DNA of 64,000 nt from Octopus vulgaris. Its lineage: Eukaryota. This document shows positions 50,051 to 64,000 of the stretch, one piece after another (positions within the stretch are counted from its first letter, which is position 1; each line of letters begins with the position of its first letter). Position numbers and translations under genes: made by a program. Under the pieces are notes generated by a model. The model worked only from the letters and a program-made list of their open reading frames with translations, was not told the DNA's origin and made no database searches. The stretch is taken from positions 77,314,001 through 77,378,000 of the forward strand of contig OX597818.1 in assembly GCA_951406725.2 (NCBI GenBank), read 5' to 3'.

Positions 50051-53000
50051 CTACACACACACACACATATATATATATATGGTTTTATTTTAAGAAAGAA
50101 ATCCCATAATAATTTTCATGCCTACTACATGTTGCAGGCTTGATAGTTGGTAGCCTTAACCCATGAATAAAGATGTTTTAGCTACCAGTGCAGTGTTGAG
50201 TATTCATTCTCATTATTCAATATTAACATGTATGTAATTACACACACACACGCACAAACATGATGCTCTGCTATTTCTACTTACAAGGCATTAGTCAACT
50301 TGAGACTGACCCCAAAACCTTGTAGTTGGAAAGAAAACTTCTTAACTACACAACAATGCCTGTGCCTACACTGTCTCTCAGACACTTATTATTCTTCTGT
50401 TCTGAAAGGAATTCTGATAATTCTGTTAAGTTTCAACTTCCTGTTCTTTCTTACTTTATTGCATTAATTATCATTCTTTCGTTAATGTTGTTCTGTATTT
50501 TTCTCTGAAATTGCTTTTTGTTTACTCTTCCTAATAATCTTTTAGCTACAAGTGTTATGTATTTTATTATTCAATCCAAACTTTCATTTCTCCATCATGT
50601 ATATGACCAATGCAATAATCTGAATATGTTTGGGATATATAATCATAGAATATGTTGGAATTAAAAGAGAATGTTTTGTAATCCATATGAAAGGCAAATA
50701 TAATATTGATTTCAAATTTTGGCACAAGGCCAGCAGCTTTGAGGGAGAGGTTAAGTTGATGACATTGACCCCAGTGCTCAACTGGTACTTATTTTATTGG
50801 CCCTGAAAGGGATGAAAAGCAAAGTTGACCTTGTCAGAATTTGGTCTCAGAATGCTAAGCATTTTGCCTGGCATGTTAATAATACTGCCATCCCACTGTC
50901 TTGGCAAATATGATATTAAAAAGTGTTTTTAAGAGGCGGGCATAGCTGTGTGGTTAAGAAACTCACTTAGAACCATGTGGTTTCAGTTTAAGTACATTAC
51001 ACAGCACCTTGGGCAAGTGTCTTCTACTATACCCCTAGATCATCTAATGCCTTGTGAGACAATGCAGTAGACAGAAACTGTGTGGAAGCCTTAAGTACTG
51101 GGAGTTATTCGTTTGACTACACTCCTCAAGGTAGTGCTCCAGCATGTCTGCTGTCCAGTAGCAGAAACAAATAAATGGTCTTATGTAAGAAATAATTGAC
51201 TACATTCTATATGATGTCATTCTACATCTCTCTCTCTCAGTGCATCAGTTATCAAATGTACACTTTTACAAGCTTATATATGTCACTAGGGAAATATTGA
51301 GTGATGTGAGTTGGAAGAGGAATGTATACAAGGCAGATGCATATGCATAGAGTTGAAGTTAAATCTGAGTCAAGCTACTAGTGACTATTGATTGGATAGA
51401 AAAATTGTGAAATCTGGAGTCATCATTTTTCACAATACTATTGCTTCTTAAATAGTAATAATAGAGATCATTTACTGTTGTTACTCCTAAGTGGTTAATA
51501 GTAAATAGGTGCAGATATGACTGTATGATTACTTAAGTTCACTTCGCAAACACATGGTTTCAGGTTCAATCCCACTACTTGGTATTTTGACCACATGTTA
51601 AGTACTCTATAGCCTCTAGTTGTGAGTGAAATTTGGTTGAGAGGATATCATTTGGAAGCCTGTTATTATGTGTATGTGTGTCTTTTTTGCATTGATACTT
51701 TATGGGTAGTGGTGATGTTTGTTCATGTTCTGCATAACCAATATATTTTCCTTCTTTGTGGTTCAGTAACCTAGTAAGAGTTGCCATTAGGCAGGGCATC
51801 CAACTGTGGGATGCTGTCTCGAAAAATTCTGTTCAACCCATGTCAGCATGGAAAAAAGGAAAGCAAACATAAAAACAATGATGGTGATGATGAAGTAGGA
51901 AAATAGCGTTATAATTTTATACTTTTCATTTTTGTCAAAATTCTATCTCTTAAAATGACAATTCTTACTAGAAAATAAACCCATCTTATATTTCCAAGAA
52001 AAACATTTTCCTTTCCCTATCATTTTGGGGTTTTCCATTAGTATTTTTAAAATCAATAATGATATTCCTAAAGATAACCGTTTTATGATTTTGTTGTTGT
52101 TAAAGTTGTGAATTTGTAGTTGTTGGAGTTGTGTAGTCTGGTTGGGTGATTGAGTTCAAAGTTAGCCTTATGATGTGTATTTAGATTTAGCTCATTCTTC
52201 CATTCCTCACCATCAACTATAACTTATGTAAATTGGTGCCATGAGCTGTTGACATTTGCAATGATTGTTTAAGCCATTCAATCCAAGCTATATACAAAAA
52301 TACCCTCACAAAAAAACAAAACAGAACAATAGTTGGAAGAAAATTTGATATCAGAGAAGCTGCTTAAAAATGACTCAATAGAATATTCTTTCACATGTCT
52401 AAGGATTTCTATCTCAGATCTTATTGAATTATTGCTTCAGTCACTGTCAAAAGATTTTATCTTTATGTTACCACAGGCATGGTTATGTTAAGAAACTTGT
52501 TCTCCAACTATTGTGGTTTCAGATTCAATCTGATTGTGCAGCACTTTGGACAAATGTCCTAGGCTGACCAAAACCTTGTGAGTGGATTTGGTTAGATGGA
52601 AACTAAAAGAAGCTCATTGCGCATGTATGATGATTGTAAATGAGTATTATATATTTACATTCTTCCACAAAAAAACATGTCTGGCCTTGGGAAAACATTA
52701 CCTTAGCAACAGATGAGGGTTGGTGACAGGAAGGGTATCTATCCATAGAAAATCTACTTCAATAAATCCTGTCTGATCCATGCATGTGGATGTTAAAAAC
52801 CATGATGATGATTTAGTATATATAGTATATATAATGCTCATTTCTCTCTTGGGAGGATTTCTGTAACATATGTTATAAAAATAGTCATGGGTTATGTAGT
52901 GCTTTTATATTCATACTGATGAATTGTATTTCTTCACGGTATATATTTGTAACTAGGAGGAGCTTAACCAGATACTCACTGTAGTTCTAGTGGTGTGATA

Positions 53001-54314
53001 TGAATGGTGAAGTTTCTGCTAGTAATTTTGGCATCTTGTCAGCTAAACTAGCTATTAATCAGTTATGCTAAGATATTTCCCTATACTAGACATATTCGTT
53101 TGGCTTTGATGATGGAGTGTTGGTTGTTATGATGAGACTCCACCAAATAAATACATTTTAGGCCTCTTGAAAGAAAGGCTATGAGCTATCATTCTTCCTA
53201 CATTGTATTTAAAAAGGCCTTCAGAAACCAAAAGGGGTTTTAAAGGATAGTGCTTCCTTCCTGTTTCATGGCATTAAGTGAATAAGAGTTGCATCTGGAT
53301 AAGACCCTATTCTGTATTAGTGATGTTACCAGTTGGTCTGGTATCACTTGTTCTTTACAGCTTGGTGATCTAAGACTTGTTGAAGTCCAGCAATGAAAAA
53401 GATAATGAGTTGTTAGTGAATACATCTATTCACTTATTTATTTTACTGTTATTCTTTTATATTCTGGAGAAGCACTAAACACTTTGTTAAACTTGATTTG
53501 GTTGCAAAGCAAGAAAGAATAGAGAATACAGTAGAGTGGTGAACCAATGAACCAATATGAAGCATCTTGTTCAGTCTTTTTGTCTCACATCATTATCACC
53601 ATCATTTTAATGTCCACTTTTCCTTGGTTGCATAGGTCAGATGGAATCTTTCAAGGTAAATTTTCTATACTGGATTCCCTTTCTGTCACCAACCTTCATT
53701 TATTTCCCCATGACCAAACATGTTTTCATAGAAGATTGGAAATGAAAAACACTGCTTGCATGATGGTGACACTTTACAACTATCATGCAAAGTCAAGGCA
53801 AGGAGACGGTAACACATATGCATGCAGACACATACAAATATTCATACATATGTACATAATGCAGGCTTCTTTCAGATTCGATTTACCAAGGTTTTGGTTA
53901 GAATGGGGCTGTAATAGAAGACACTTACCTAAAGTGTCACACAATGAGGCTGAGCCCAAAATCATGTGGTTAAGAAGTAAGCTTCTCACCACAGTGCCAT
54001 GCCTGATGTTATTTATTTATTAAATAAATAAGACTTAGTTGAATCTGAAATGTCTTATTTCAGATTTTCCATAATCGCTTTATAATACTGGTTTACATCA
54101 AATCTCCTTTTTTTTCCATTAATCCTTTCTTCCTTATCACCTTCTCTTTTTTCCTCTCTGTTCAAATACCTTTTATCCCAGCATTCTTAACAATTGTTAA
54201 AATATTTATCATAACAAATTTAGAATATGCATCAAGCATCTCTTTAGATATTACTTGCTGCTTTTCATTACTGACATTTCATTGTGATACAACACCACAT
54301 CTTCAATTCATATC

Positions 54315-54541
54315 TTAACCCTTTAGCATTCAGATTATTCTGTCAGATGTAATACTTATTTATTCACATTGTTTTTAATCAATCATACATTATCTTGTAG
54401 CTTTGAGATTTAAATTATATGATTGTTTATCTTTAGAATTGCATTGTAGGGCAGGTGTGAGAGTCAGATCTGGCTAGTTTGAATATAAAACAGGTTGAAT
54501 ATTTCAATCTGATATAGCTGGTTTAAATGCTAAAAGGTTAA
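54315..54541. mobile_element. TTAA-flanked piggyBac-type MITE, family 2
   Basis: ttaaccctttagcatt ... aatgctaaaaggttaa. Confidence 0.75.
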
Positions 54542-54995
54542 ATTCTATTTTTTTGTCTGTTGGCATGAAGTGTAGATATTAATGTCTTACTGGATTTGCC
54601 AATAATTCTAAATGGATTATTTAAATAATAAATATTTGCTTTCAACTTTTGGTTCATTACACTTCAATAATTGGACTTGGGTTTAGTTCTCTTCGGAGAT
54701 AACTCTTGCTAAAACCAATATTTGAAATGTCAACTCATCTCTGCTTTTTTGAGTATGTGTTGTGATTGCATGCTTTAGACATTTTACCTGTGGTAAATCA
54801 TGTCTAATCCTGCTCATTGTCAGTTAATGGTCTCCTTCCATAATGTCGTGAGTTGGATGGTCTCACAGGAGCTGGCAAGTCAGAAGACTGTTCCAAGTTC
54901 TGCTGTCTACTTTAGCATGGTCTCTATGGTTGGATACCATTCTTAACACTAATCACTTAACAGAATGTGTTGGGTGCTTTTTATGCAGTACCAAA

Positions 54996-55038
54996 AGCAA
55001 TGAGGTCACCAAGCAACATGCTTGGTGACTTCATTGCT
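54996..55038. repeat. 20 bp fold-back hairpin with a 3 nt loop
   Basis: agcaatgaggtcaccaagca-aca-tgcttggtgacttcattgct, with one G.T pair. Confidence 0.9.
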
Positions 55039-56373
55039 GAAGTGGTGAGTAATATTGAGGGAGGTGGCTTTGTGCTAGGTGATGAGAGTTTAGAGGTTGA
55101 ATAGAAAAGAAATGGTATTTTATCAATGAATGAAATACTAGAACATCATTTGATAGCTTACCTATTACCAAATGTATAGTCTACATAAATTTTATCTGTT
55201 ACATTATAGAAAAGAAACAGTTTCTCATTGGATTTTAAAAACATATTGCATTCTTTGTTTTAACATCAACATTAAATCTTTGACATGTTATAGTTCTAAG
55301 TAGGCTGTCAGTAAAAAAGAAACCACATATAATTGTATGAAGACCAACTTATCTAAAGATTAAAAAAAACAAACAAATTTACCTTCTCTTGTATTTTAGA
55401 TGTCATTGTCACCACTGTCATTTAATGTCCACTTTTCTGTGCTTGCATGGACCAGATTGAATTTATTGAGGCAAACTTTTTACAGCTAGATGCTCTTCCT
55501 GTCACTAACCCTCCCTGTAATATTTCTCCATGGCCAGACATGTTTTCATGGAAGACTAGAAAGGAACAGCCTCACTTTTATGCTCATGATGTTCATTTGC
55601 AACCATCATGTAATGTCTTGGCAAAGGTGTACACACACACACACACACAAACGTGTGCCAATACACACATTTATTTCTCTCTTCTTGCTTGTACAAGTTG
55701 TGAGCTTAAACATTTTCATCATTATTTGTAGATAACTTATTGCTGGATGTTTTTTTTTTTTCCTGTTAACAATTTAATGAAATGGGTTTGTGGGCCCTGG
55801 AAAGGGTAGCACTGCTGAGGATAGTGCTAACTGGACACAAGCTGTGGTTTGATCAACCATTGTTAGGTTACTCAAGTGAAGGTATTTGATTGTTGAAAGA
55901 TCTGAAATGCCTAATGATCTGGAAACTTCATTAATGGTATATCTAGGTGCATTGCAACAAGGTGATCTATGAAAAACTATCTGATAAAGGCAAGTAGAAT
56001 AAAATACCTTGCTAATACTTTGTGAACTCAAGATTTTTATATCAGTAGGATGGTATCTATTCAATGGGTGCATAGTTCTAAATAGAATATAAATTTTTAT
56101 TACTGATTCTAAGTTTTGTTGCTCAAGTTAATCTACAATAGATGTGTTTAAAAATAACTTAATGAGTAACCCAATCCTTCGTTCAGGTCTTTGATTGCAG
56201 CATCATGTTGTAGGAATATGTCTATATTATTACAAATATAATCATTTCTAAATTGGTCTTATTGTCTGTTAGTTTCATATAGGACTGATGCTGGCACTGT
56301 GACAAGATAGTGCAGTAAGCATTTATGCATCTTCCTATTATTATGTGTATATATATATATATATATATATCAG

Positions 56374-56470
56374 GAGAGATTGAATCTCCTGATCATCGAA
56401 GATTCTTGAGAAATAATAACAAAAGCTCACCTGCAAGCAGTCAGACATTGTTGCAGCTGCTTTTATGCAA
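56374..56470 (+). other. Candidate plus-strand exon (97 nt)
   Basis: cag|GAGAG..ATGCAA|gttagt in non-repeat sequence. One open frame (EIESPDHRRFLRNNNKSSPASSQTLLQLLLC), not recognised. Confidence 0.25.
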
Positions 56471-59124
56471 GTTAGTTTTGTTGTTATATTTACTTACTAC
56501 TGAGGCTTGGATTAAAAAAAAAAACAACTCAGTCCTTTGTATTAATATTGTGTGTTTATATGCAATTGTGCCCCAATAGGTGCTAATTTGTCTCTTTCTG
56601 ATCCCAGACTCTGTCAACTCTGGTGTATCATTAAAATTCCATTTATCACTTCTCTTTGATAATAATTCACTTGTAATAGATGCCATTTTGTTTTTGTCTG
56701 TTTTTTTTCTTTTTCATAGAAGAGATTTTACTCATTTACACTTCAAGAATATATAGTGTTTAAGAATATAGATATTATTTGGTGTACATAATTTTAAAAA
56801 GAAACAAAAAGAATTGTGTTGTGTTAGTATGTAAATCATCTCACTCAAATGTAATTTCAGTTGAATCTTTTCTGTAAGGCTATGAGCTGCTCTTTTCTTC
56901 TATCTATGAGAGAACTAAGATGTCTGCTAAAAGAACAAAGGCTTTTCTGTTAGATAATTTTTTTCTTCTACAGCAATGTCTATGGAGAAGCACACGTATT
57001 ATTCCTCTCACAGAAACATATCTTTTATTTCACACTTTTTTCTATCTCTCCCTCCCTTCAGTTCAAGTTATATTATCTTACAACTTTATTCTGAAAGGTA
57101 GAGAATCTGCATATAAGATCCACTCACCCAACCACTCACCTCTTGTACACATGAACAACAAAGACTTTCAGTTATTATAGTTTAATGTCTCTCACTTCCC
57201 TCATTCCTTTACTTTTATCTGCTGTCTCTTCCACTTACCACAGTAATTTCACATCATGCACTGAGGGCATCCATCTCACCTTTCTCTGAAGTCCTAGATT
57301 TTCTGTGACTTCAATATACACAGGTACTCTTCATTCTAACATTAACCCTACTGATGCAAAAATCAAATTATTTGCTATTCTGAATAGTCTGCACCAGTTA
57401 ACCTCATCATTTGCCTCTATCTCCCAACTGACTCACCAAACACTACGATTTCAGCTAAACTGTCCATTTTCCAAAATACCCTTGACATCAGCAAAGCATT
57501 TGTCTAGCAAAATTGGACTAATGACTTCTATTCAGATCACACTTTTGCAACAATTTTAACAGTGCATATTCAAGAAATAGTTTTTCATACATTGAAGCAT
57601 GTAATATAGGTCCAACTTCACATGTAGGACTCGGGGTGATTTTTTTGGGTGGAGGAGAGGGTTACAGAAAAAGTGCATTTTTGATGTCATCAAGTACAGT
57701 ACTCCTTCCTTCCTAAAGTTGTCTTTGTCCTTAATCAAAAGATTATTTTGGGTAGGTGCCATAGAGCTTAAAGCTCTTGGTGCAATAAATTTGTGATTCA
57801 GTTTAAGTTATCTACATAGTTACCCTGTCATCAATATCATCAATGGCTGTTTTCCATACTTGTATGGATTGGATGGTTTGACAGGATCTTACAAAATGCA
57901 ATTGAGCTCCATTGTCAACTTTGGCATGGTTTCTATGGCTGGTTGTACTTACTAATGTCAACCACTTCAAAAACTTATTGGGTACTTTTTTCTGTGTCAC
58001 TGGCACTTGTGAGGTTGTCTTGTAAACTTGCAAGAAAAAGAACAGGGGTGGGGGAGATAAAACGCTCCCACTACAAAGAGGGGAGTATTATAGAAGGGAA
58101 GGTGGAGGTGGGTGGCTTTATGCCAGGTGTTGAAAGTCTAATGTATGATAGAAGGACCAGCACAGGTGCCTTGAAGAGAAGATACATAGTTGAAAGAAAT
58201 AAAAGGAAGGTAATGATGGGGTACTAAAACAAACTTTCAAGGTACAAGAGGGTGAGCAGAAGAGAGGATACAAACAGTGGGTCATAGGAGGGGATGACTG
58301 AGTGGATACTTTCACATGAAGGCAAGGAGAGAGTAACAGATGGTTAAAGGTGAGGGTAGAGGTGAATATAGTGAGTGAGGAACAAGGATGGAAGTCCCTT
58401 TTGTTATTCTCTCTTCCTTCATTACACTATATGTATGTATGTGATTGATTGATTGATTAATATGCATGGGGAATGAATAAGGAAAATGATGAATTTTATT
58501 TAGCAATTGAATAATGAATACAAATTTGTTTTGGTTGTCCAGAACATGTAAATAGCTTATATTATCATATTTAATAAACAAGCTACTTGTGTGTCTGCAT
58601 TCATTTGAAATACGAAAAGTTCACAGAAGATAATGCAGAATTTGGACTACTTCGTCAGGCGAAATTGTTTAATTGTTAGATACACCTCAATTTTAATATG
58701 CCTTCTTGACTTTAGGATATATGAACTCTGTGTTAAACTTTAAAAAAAAAAACAAAAAAAAAACTACGGAAGACAATAATGACAACTACTATATAAATAA
58801 AAATGATTTTCTGATAAATTAAAGGGGATATGGGTAATATAATTAAAAAATTAATAATTGTATAAACATTATTTATATTTAAATAGTTACCAAATATGAA
58901 TAATTATTATAATATAGCTGATGTATTTAACAATATAGATAAATACATATACAAACAAACACGTATACACACTCTCTCTCTCTTTCTCTCTGTATATATA
59001 CCTGTTGTAAAGTTAACCTTGTTGAAATTACATGATCATCTTTTTTTTTCTAGAAATTTAGAAACTGAATTTGATCTTGATAATGATAGTGTTAAAATCA
59101 ATTTTGATATTTAGTTTGTTGAGC

Positions 59125-59342
59125 AAAGCAGTGAGTTGGCAGAGTTGTTAAGCATGTTGGGCAAAATGCTTTGTGGCATTTTGTTCATCTTTACGTTCTG
59201 AGTTCAAATTCCTCCAAGGTTGACTTCATCTTTCATCCTTTTGGAGTTAATAAAATAAGTACCTGTTGAGCACTGAGGTTGATGTAATCAACTGACCCCC
59301 CTCCCCTGAACTTGCTGACCTTGTATCAAAATTTGAAATCAA
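59125..59342 (+). mobile_element. SINE family B; further copies at ~23378-23600(+), ~37008-37210(+), ~50708-50902(-)
   Basis: Same head and body, ending gccaaaatttgaaa.caatatt. Confidence 0.8.
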
Positions 59343-61116
59343 TATTTAGTTTAAGTGATGCACACATGATTGTCTTCTCAATACAGAATAAAGAATATGT
59401 AATTTAAGTCAGGATTTTTTAAAACTCATAACTTTTTTATTGTATTTCTTAAAAAATATTCTTCAGATTTTATGTTCAGAGCAAAGCAATTAATAAAAAT
59501 GAATTCTTTTAACTAGAAAAACATTTTCTTCAAAAATTGTCCTGTTTACTTCATATAAAGATTTGTAAAATTTTGTTCTGATGAGTTGAACATTGATTGA
59601 TACAGTCTCTAATGTCGGCATACTTATAAAATATTATGATATATTATTACTATCACAGAAACAAGTAATATTATTGTGGTTTAGGTTGTTTACAACATGT
59701 CACTTAGCTTGGCCATACCATTCCAAATATGACCATGAATTTGGGGCCAGGGGAAAATTGGTAATGTTTATTTTTGTGAGTAATGTATATCCCCCTCCCC
59801 CAAAAGTGCACATTATACATGAATAGACATGGTATTTTAAGACGAAAATTGAAAGAATATTCAAGTAAATGTGATATCTTGAACTAATACAATTTTTACA
59901 TCATTCATCTAATGCCAGCATGTAAAAACTAACATTAAACTGATGATTTTATAAAAGCAGAACAGCTATAGCTTTTTTTTTTTTTTTAAGTTTCTTTATC
60001 ATTTGATTGTTATCAGTTCATTTTGGTCATATTTGCCACACATCTGTTTACTGGAAAGCTTTTCAAAGCAAAATATTTTACTTTTTTAAACTTTGAACTG
60101 ATAAATTTTATTGCAAAACATTACCTGTTCAAGTTTATATAACTCTTTGAAACTATGTAATCTTAGTTGTTAGGGTGTTTGAAATTTTTGCTGACTGCTA
60201 TTTGGAAACTACTTTGTGGGGCTGTTTTATTTCTGTTTCTGATTTAGAGAGTATTAAGTCCACCTTTGATAACATAGTCACTTGAGCATTTTCGTAATGG
60301 CCTTATGTTTTCTCTCTGCACCTGGCATTGGCATTAGTATAATATCCTTCCCCTGATCATATTTGTAATGAAAAATATACTACCAAAACAGTTCAGTTAA
60401 TTAATCAAGAATATAAATCATCATTTAATGTCCGTCTTTTTCATGCTGGTATGGGTTGCATGGTTTAACATGACTGACAAGCCAAATGACTGTACCAAGC
60501 TCCAGTGCCTGTTTTGGTTTGGTTTTTTATGGCTGGATGCCTTTCCTAATGCCAACTATTTTACAACATGGACTGGATTCTTTTTTTTTTTACATGGTAC
60601 TGGCACCAGTGAGGTCACCAAGGAGCTCACAAGATATGACCATCTGAACTGAGTGGGCTTGTAGTATTGAGGACGCTGGTTTAATGCCGGGTGATGAGAG
60701 GTTAAAGGGTGATAGAAGGACTGGAACAAGTGTCTTACTCTAGAGGCAACACATGGCTATGCTAGCTGGAAAAAGAGAGAAGATGGTGATAATGAAGTGT
60801 TAAGGTGTTGTACTTTAAAATCACAGGAAAGTAAATATGAGAGAAGTGGAACAGAGGATTGGACTGGGTGAGTTTGCATGAATGTGAAAGCAGAGTGGGC
60901 AGATAGAATGAGATGGGATAGAGGTGAATACAGTGAATGGTGAACACAAGTGGAGAAATGGTCATTGGTGAATATCAGTTTCAAAGGTAGGAGAATGGAG
61001 GAACTTGGAGTGGGTCATCTACTCTGCTTCTTTCTTTTTATGTATATTTATAGATAAACTGGTATTTGGAAGACAGCATAATAAATGTTTCCAGACTAAA
61101 ACTTCTTGGTATCATT

Positions 61117-61400
61117 CATCATCATCATTGTTTAACGTCCATTTTCCATGCTAGCATGGGTTGGACAGTTCGACCGGAGTCTGGGAAGCCAGGAGGCTGC
61201 ACTTGGATGCCCTTCCTAACGCCAACCACTCCGTGAGTGTAGGGGATGCTTTTTATGTGCCACCGGCACAGGTGCCAGGGGAGGCTGGCAATAGCCACGA
61301 TTGGTTAGTGCTTTTTACGTGCCACTGGCATCGGCCACGTTCGGATGGTGCTTTTTATGTGCCACCGGCACGGGTATCACAACTACAATTTCCATTTGAT
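61117..61400 (-). mobile_element. SINE with RTE-like tail and three internal tgctttttaYgtgccaYggca repeats
   Basis: Tail catgctagcatggaaaatggacgttaaac(gat)n. Related pieces at ~8480-8685, 9010-9390, 38640-38835, 57835-58010, 60420-60620. Confidence 0.72.
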
Positions 61401-62116
61401 TTTTATTTTGATGCTCTGAACAATTTAAATATAAACCCTTTAATATGGGTGAATTCACTTCACTTAGTACTGAAAGAGTTAAGAGCTGTTTTGCAGTTGT
61501 GTGAATAACTGACATAACTCTAAAATTGTAGCGTTTATTCTGTATATTACCATGTGAATGATTAGTTTTATATCGTCTTTTTTTTTTTAGTGTACAAATA
61601 TATTTATATTTCACTTCTTTAGATTTCTTCTTCAGTTTAACGTGTTAAAATCTATTTGCTTAAACTATTTTTTTGAAGAGTATAACTAAAATATGTTTTA
61701 GCCTTATTTCATGAAACTATGTGGTTGACCTTTCTGAGGTCAGCATGTTATCCTTCATGCATTTGACCTTTCTATTGCCATTTTCATAAAGTTTTTCCTT
61801 GGAAGTAATGACATTTACAATAGTCAGTTACCAGCAGACATTTCTGGCAGTAGCAGTATCTTTGTGATCCAGCCAACTGTCCTAAGCATCATTAGGGGAG
61901 AAGTAGTCATGGTATGGAGAAATGGAATGATAAAATAATAAACAAAAATAAAGTAAAAAAAAAATCTGATGTTTTGTTTCCACAGAAAATCCACATTATA
62001 AAGACACCTTATAAATTATTTTCTTCAATCTTAACTATATTTGATACTTGCTACATGATTAGTTTTCTTAATGATTTTATTAACTTCATATTTAAACAAA
62101 GATAAAAGGTTCAATT

Positions 62117-62494
62117 TGCAGGGACGAATGTGTGGTTAAGAAGTTCACTTTGCAGCCACATAGTTTCGGGTTCAGTCCCACTGTGTGATAGCTTGGCCAA
62201 ATGTCTTCTACCATAGCCCCCGACCAATGTGAGTGAATTTGGTAGATGGAAACTTTGTAGGAGCTCATTGTATATATGCATGTGTGTATGCTTATGTTTG
62301 TCCCCTACCACTGCTTGACAATTGGTGTTGGTTTGTTTATGTCCCTGTAACTTCATGGTTTGGTAAAAGAAACTGATAGAATAAGTAGCAAACTTAAAAA
62401 GAAATAAGTGCTGGAATCAATTTATTTTACTAAACCCTTCAAGATGGTGTCCTACCATGGCTGCAGTCTAATGACTGAAACAAGTAAAAGATAA
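62117..62494 (+). mobile_element. SINE family A with an alternative 3' half (..aatgactgaaacaagtaaaagataa)
   Basis: Same head as 257-420, but the tail is shared with 18490-18704 and 51080-51175. Confidence 0.8.
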
Positions 62495-64000
62495 GTTTAT
62501 TGCTTGAGATTTATTTACATTGTAATTTGATTTCATTCTTTAAATGATGATCTGCAATGGATTCTTGAACAAATTTGGGCATTTTTGCTTCATAAAAGTT
62601 GAGATGAAAAGGTGCATAATTGGATAAAATGAAGAACAGCTTCAAGCGATTTTAATGATAGACTTGTGGTTGTGAGGGAATTCTTTGAACAATTGGTAAT
62701 TCATAACTAATATTTAACAACTGAGCCTAGACTAAGTGCTGAAATATCTAAAAGAATTTATGACTGCAGTAAATGATAGATTTTGATTATTGTGCAATTT
62801 CAAATTATTAAATAATTTTCTTAATGTCTGTTTTTCGCACTTTGGCATTAGACACACATTTCTCTTCCATTTTCTTTTTACTAGTGCTTATTCTGAAGTC
62901 AGCATTCATTATTTTTTTTCACATTTCTTTTTAATTTTTCTTTCTGTTCTTGTTATGCAACTCTTATCTTTCATATAGTATCTCCCTAATCTTCTCTGTT
63001 GCAAAAATTTTATGCTTTTGCTATTTTATATCTTATCCCCTTTGATCCTTAGTCTATCTTTTAGTTTCATATTTCATATCAAGTATATCAAATTTCTCTC
63101 AGTTTTGTTTTAGTTTTCATAAATATTTACTTGCTTCACAGCCATACAAATGATATATTTCCGACATCAGCATCACAACTGTTTTCCTTTTGAAAACTTG
63201 TCAGCCTAGATACACCTCTTCTAGCTAGAAAACTTATTCATACTCTTCTCAGTGACTTCTCATAATCTATTAGTTTGTTGGTGGAGAGAGCAGTTAACTT
63301 GATTTTACAGATTTTTTTTGACAACCTTTTAAGAATTAAAGTGTGATTTATTGGAAAATGATTGAAAGAGTTGATTAATACAGATTTCTGAGTTTTCAGT
63401 TTACAGACATTTTAAGATTTCTATTTTAGCTAATTCTTCATTTGTTTTCCTCCCCCACAAAATCATCAGGCTGCCATGGGTTGGATAGGTTATTACTGTC
63501 TAAGTTGATTCTTATTTGGAGTTACTTGACAGTCTGTGTAGCTCAGAGGTCAGGGTGTTTCTTCAAGTCAAGCTGCTACTTCTCTGCATTGAGGGGGTCA
63601 TGTGTCTGGTACTAGGGATATGTGATTAGAATGTCAAGGAAAGGGTTGCAAGATGGATTCTTCCAACTGAGACTTCTACTTCTGTGACTCTGTCAGGAGT
63701 AGCAGGTAGAGAAAATGGATGGATGGTTACTGCCCTCCTGTATGGTTCAAAGGACCACATCTCATAAAGTCCATTTTAGACATGGTTTCTACAACTGGAT
63801 ATTCTTCCTAATACCAACCACTTTATGGAATATACTGCATAAGCTTCATATGGCACCAACACTAAAGAGGTTTTCATGTGTTCAAACAGACTAAAGGGGT
63901 CCTCTTGATCCTAAATTGTTTCTACTTGTTTGCTAACAATTTTATAGAGTGTACTGGGTATGTTTTATCATTGCACCAGCACTAGTAAGGTTACCATAAA

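Noticed and set aside
53547-54023. 158 aa ORF
   Set aside because: Lies almost wholly within an antisense SINE-A copy and shows no protein motif.

Overview
AT-rich, microsatellite- and transposon-dense eukaryotic DNA. The SINE/MITE repertoire looks like an octopus (coleoid cephalopod) genome; this is recognition from memory, not a database result. Only one host gene is firmly readable: the first two coding exons (24364-24273 and 4934-4853, minus strand) of an SLC37A1/2-like sugar-phosphate exchanger, separated by a ~19.3 kb intron. A divergent plus-strand transcription unit starting near 24.6-25.1 kb is suggested only by exon-like segments and base skew. Mobile DNA includes a near-intact 5'-truncated R4/Dong non-LTR element in (AAT)n, a full-length defective mariner, hAT/piggyBac/mariner MITEs, decayed RTE, CR1-like, Tx1-like and Penelope remnants, and many tRNA-derived SINEs. 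The most notable observations are (i) a ~460 bp head-to-head palindrome of a tRNA-headed element carrying a minimal hammerhead-ribozyme motif, plus three unrelated hammerhead-type motifs elsewhere, (ii) a 139 bp insertion stitched from two exact inverted local templates, (iii) a possible diverged duplicate of SLC37A exon 1 next to the mariner, and (iv) an (AAT)n insertion hotspot used in opposite orientations by two retroelement systems. Boundaries of decayed repeats are approximate.
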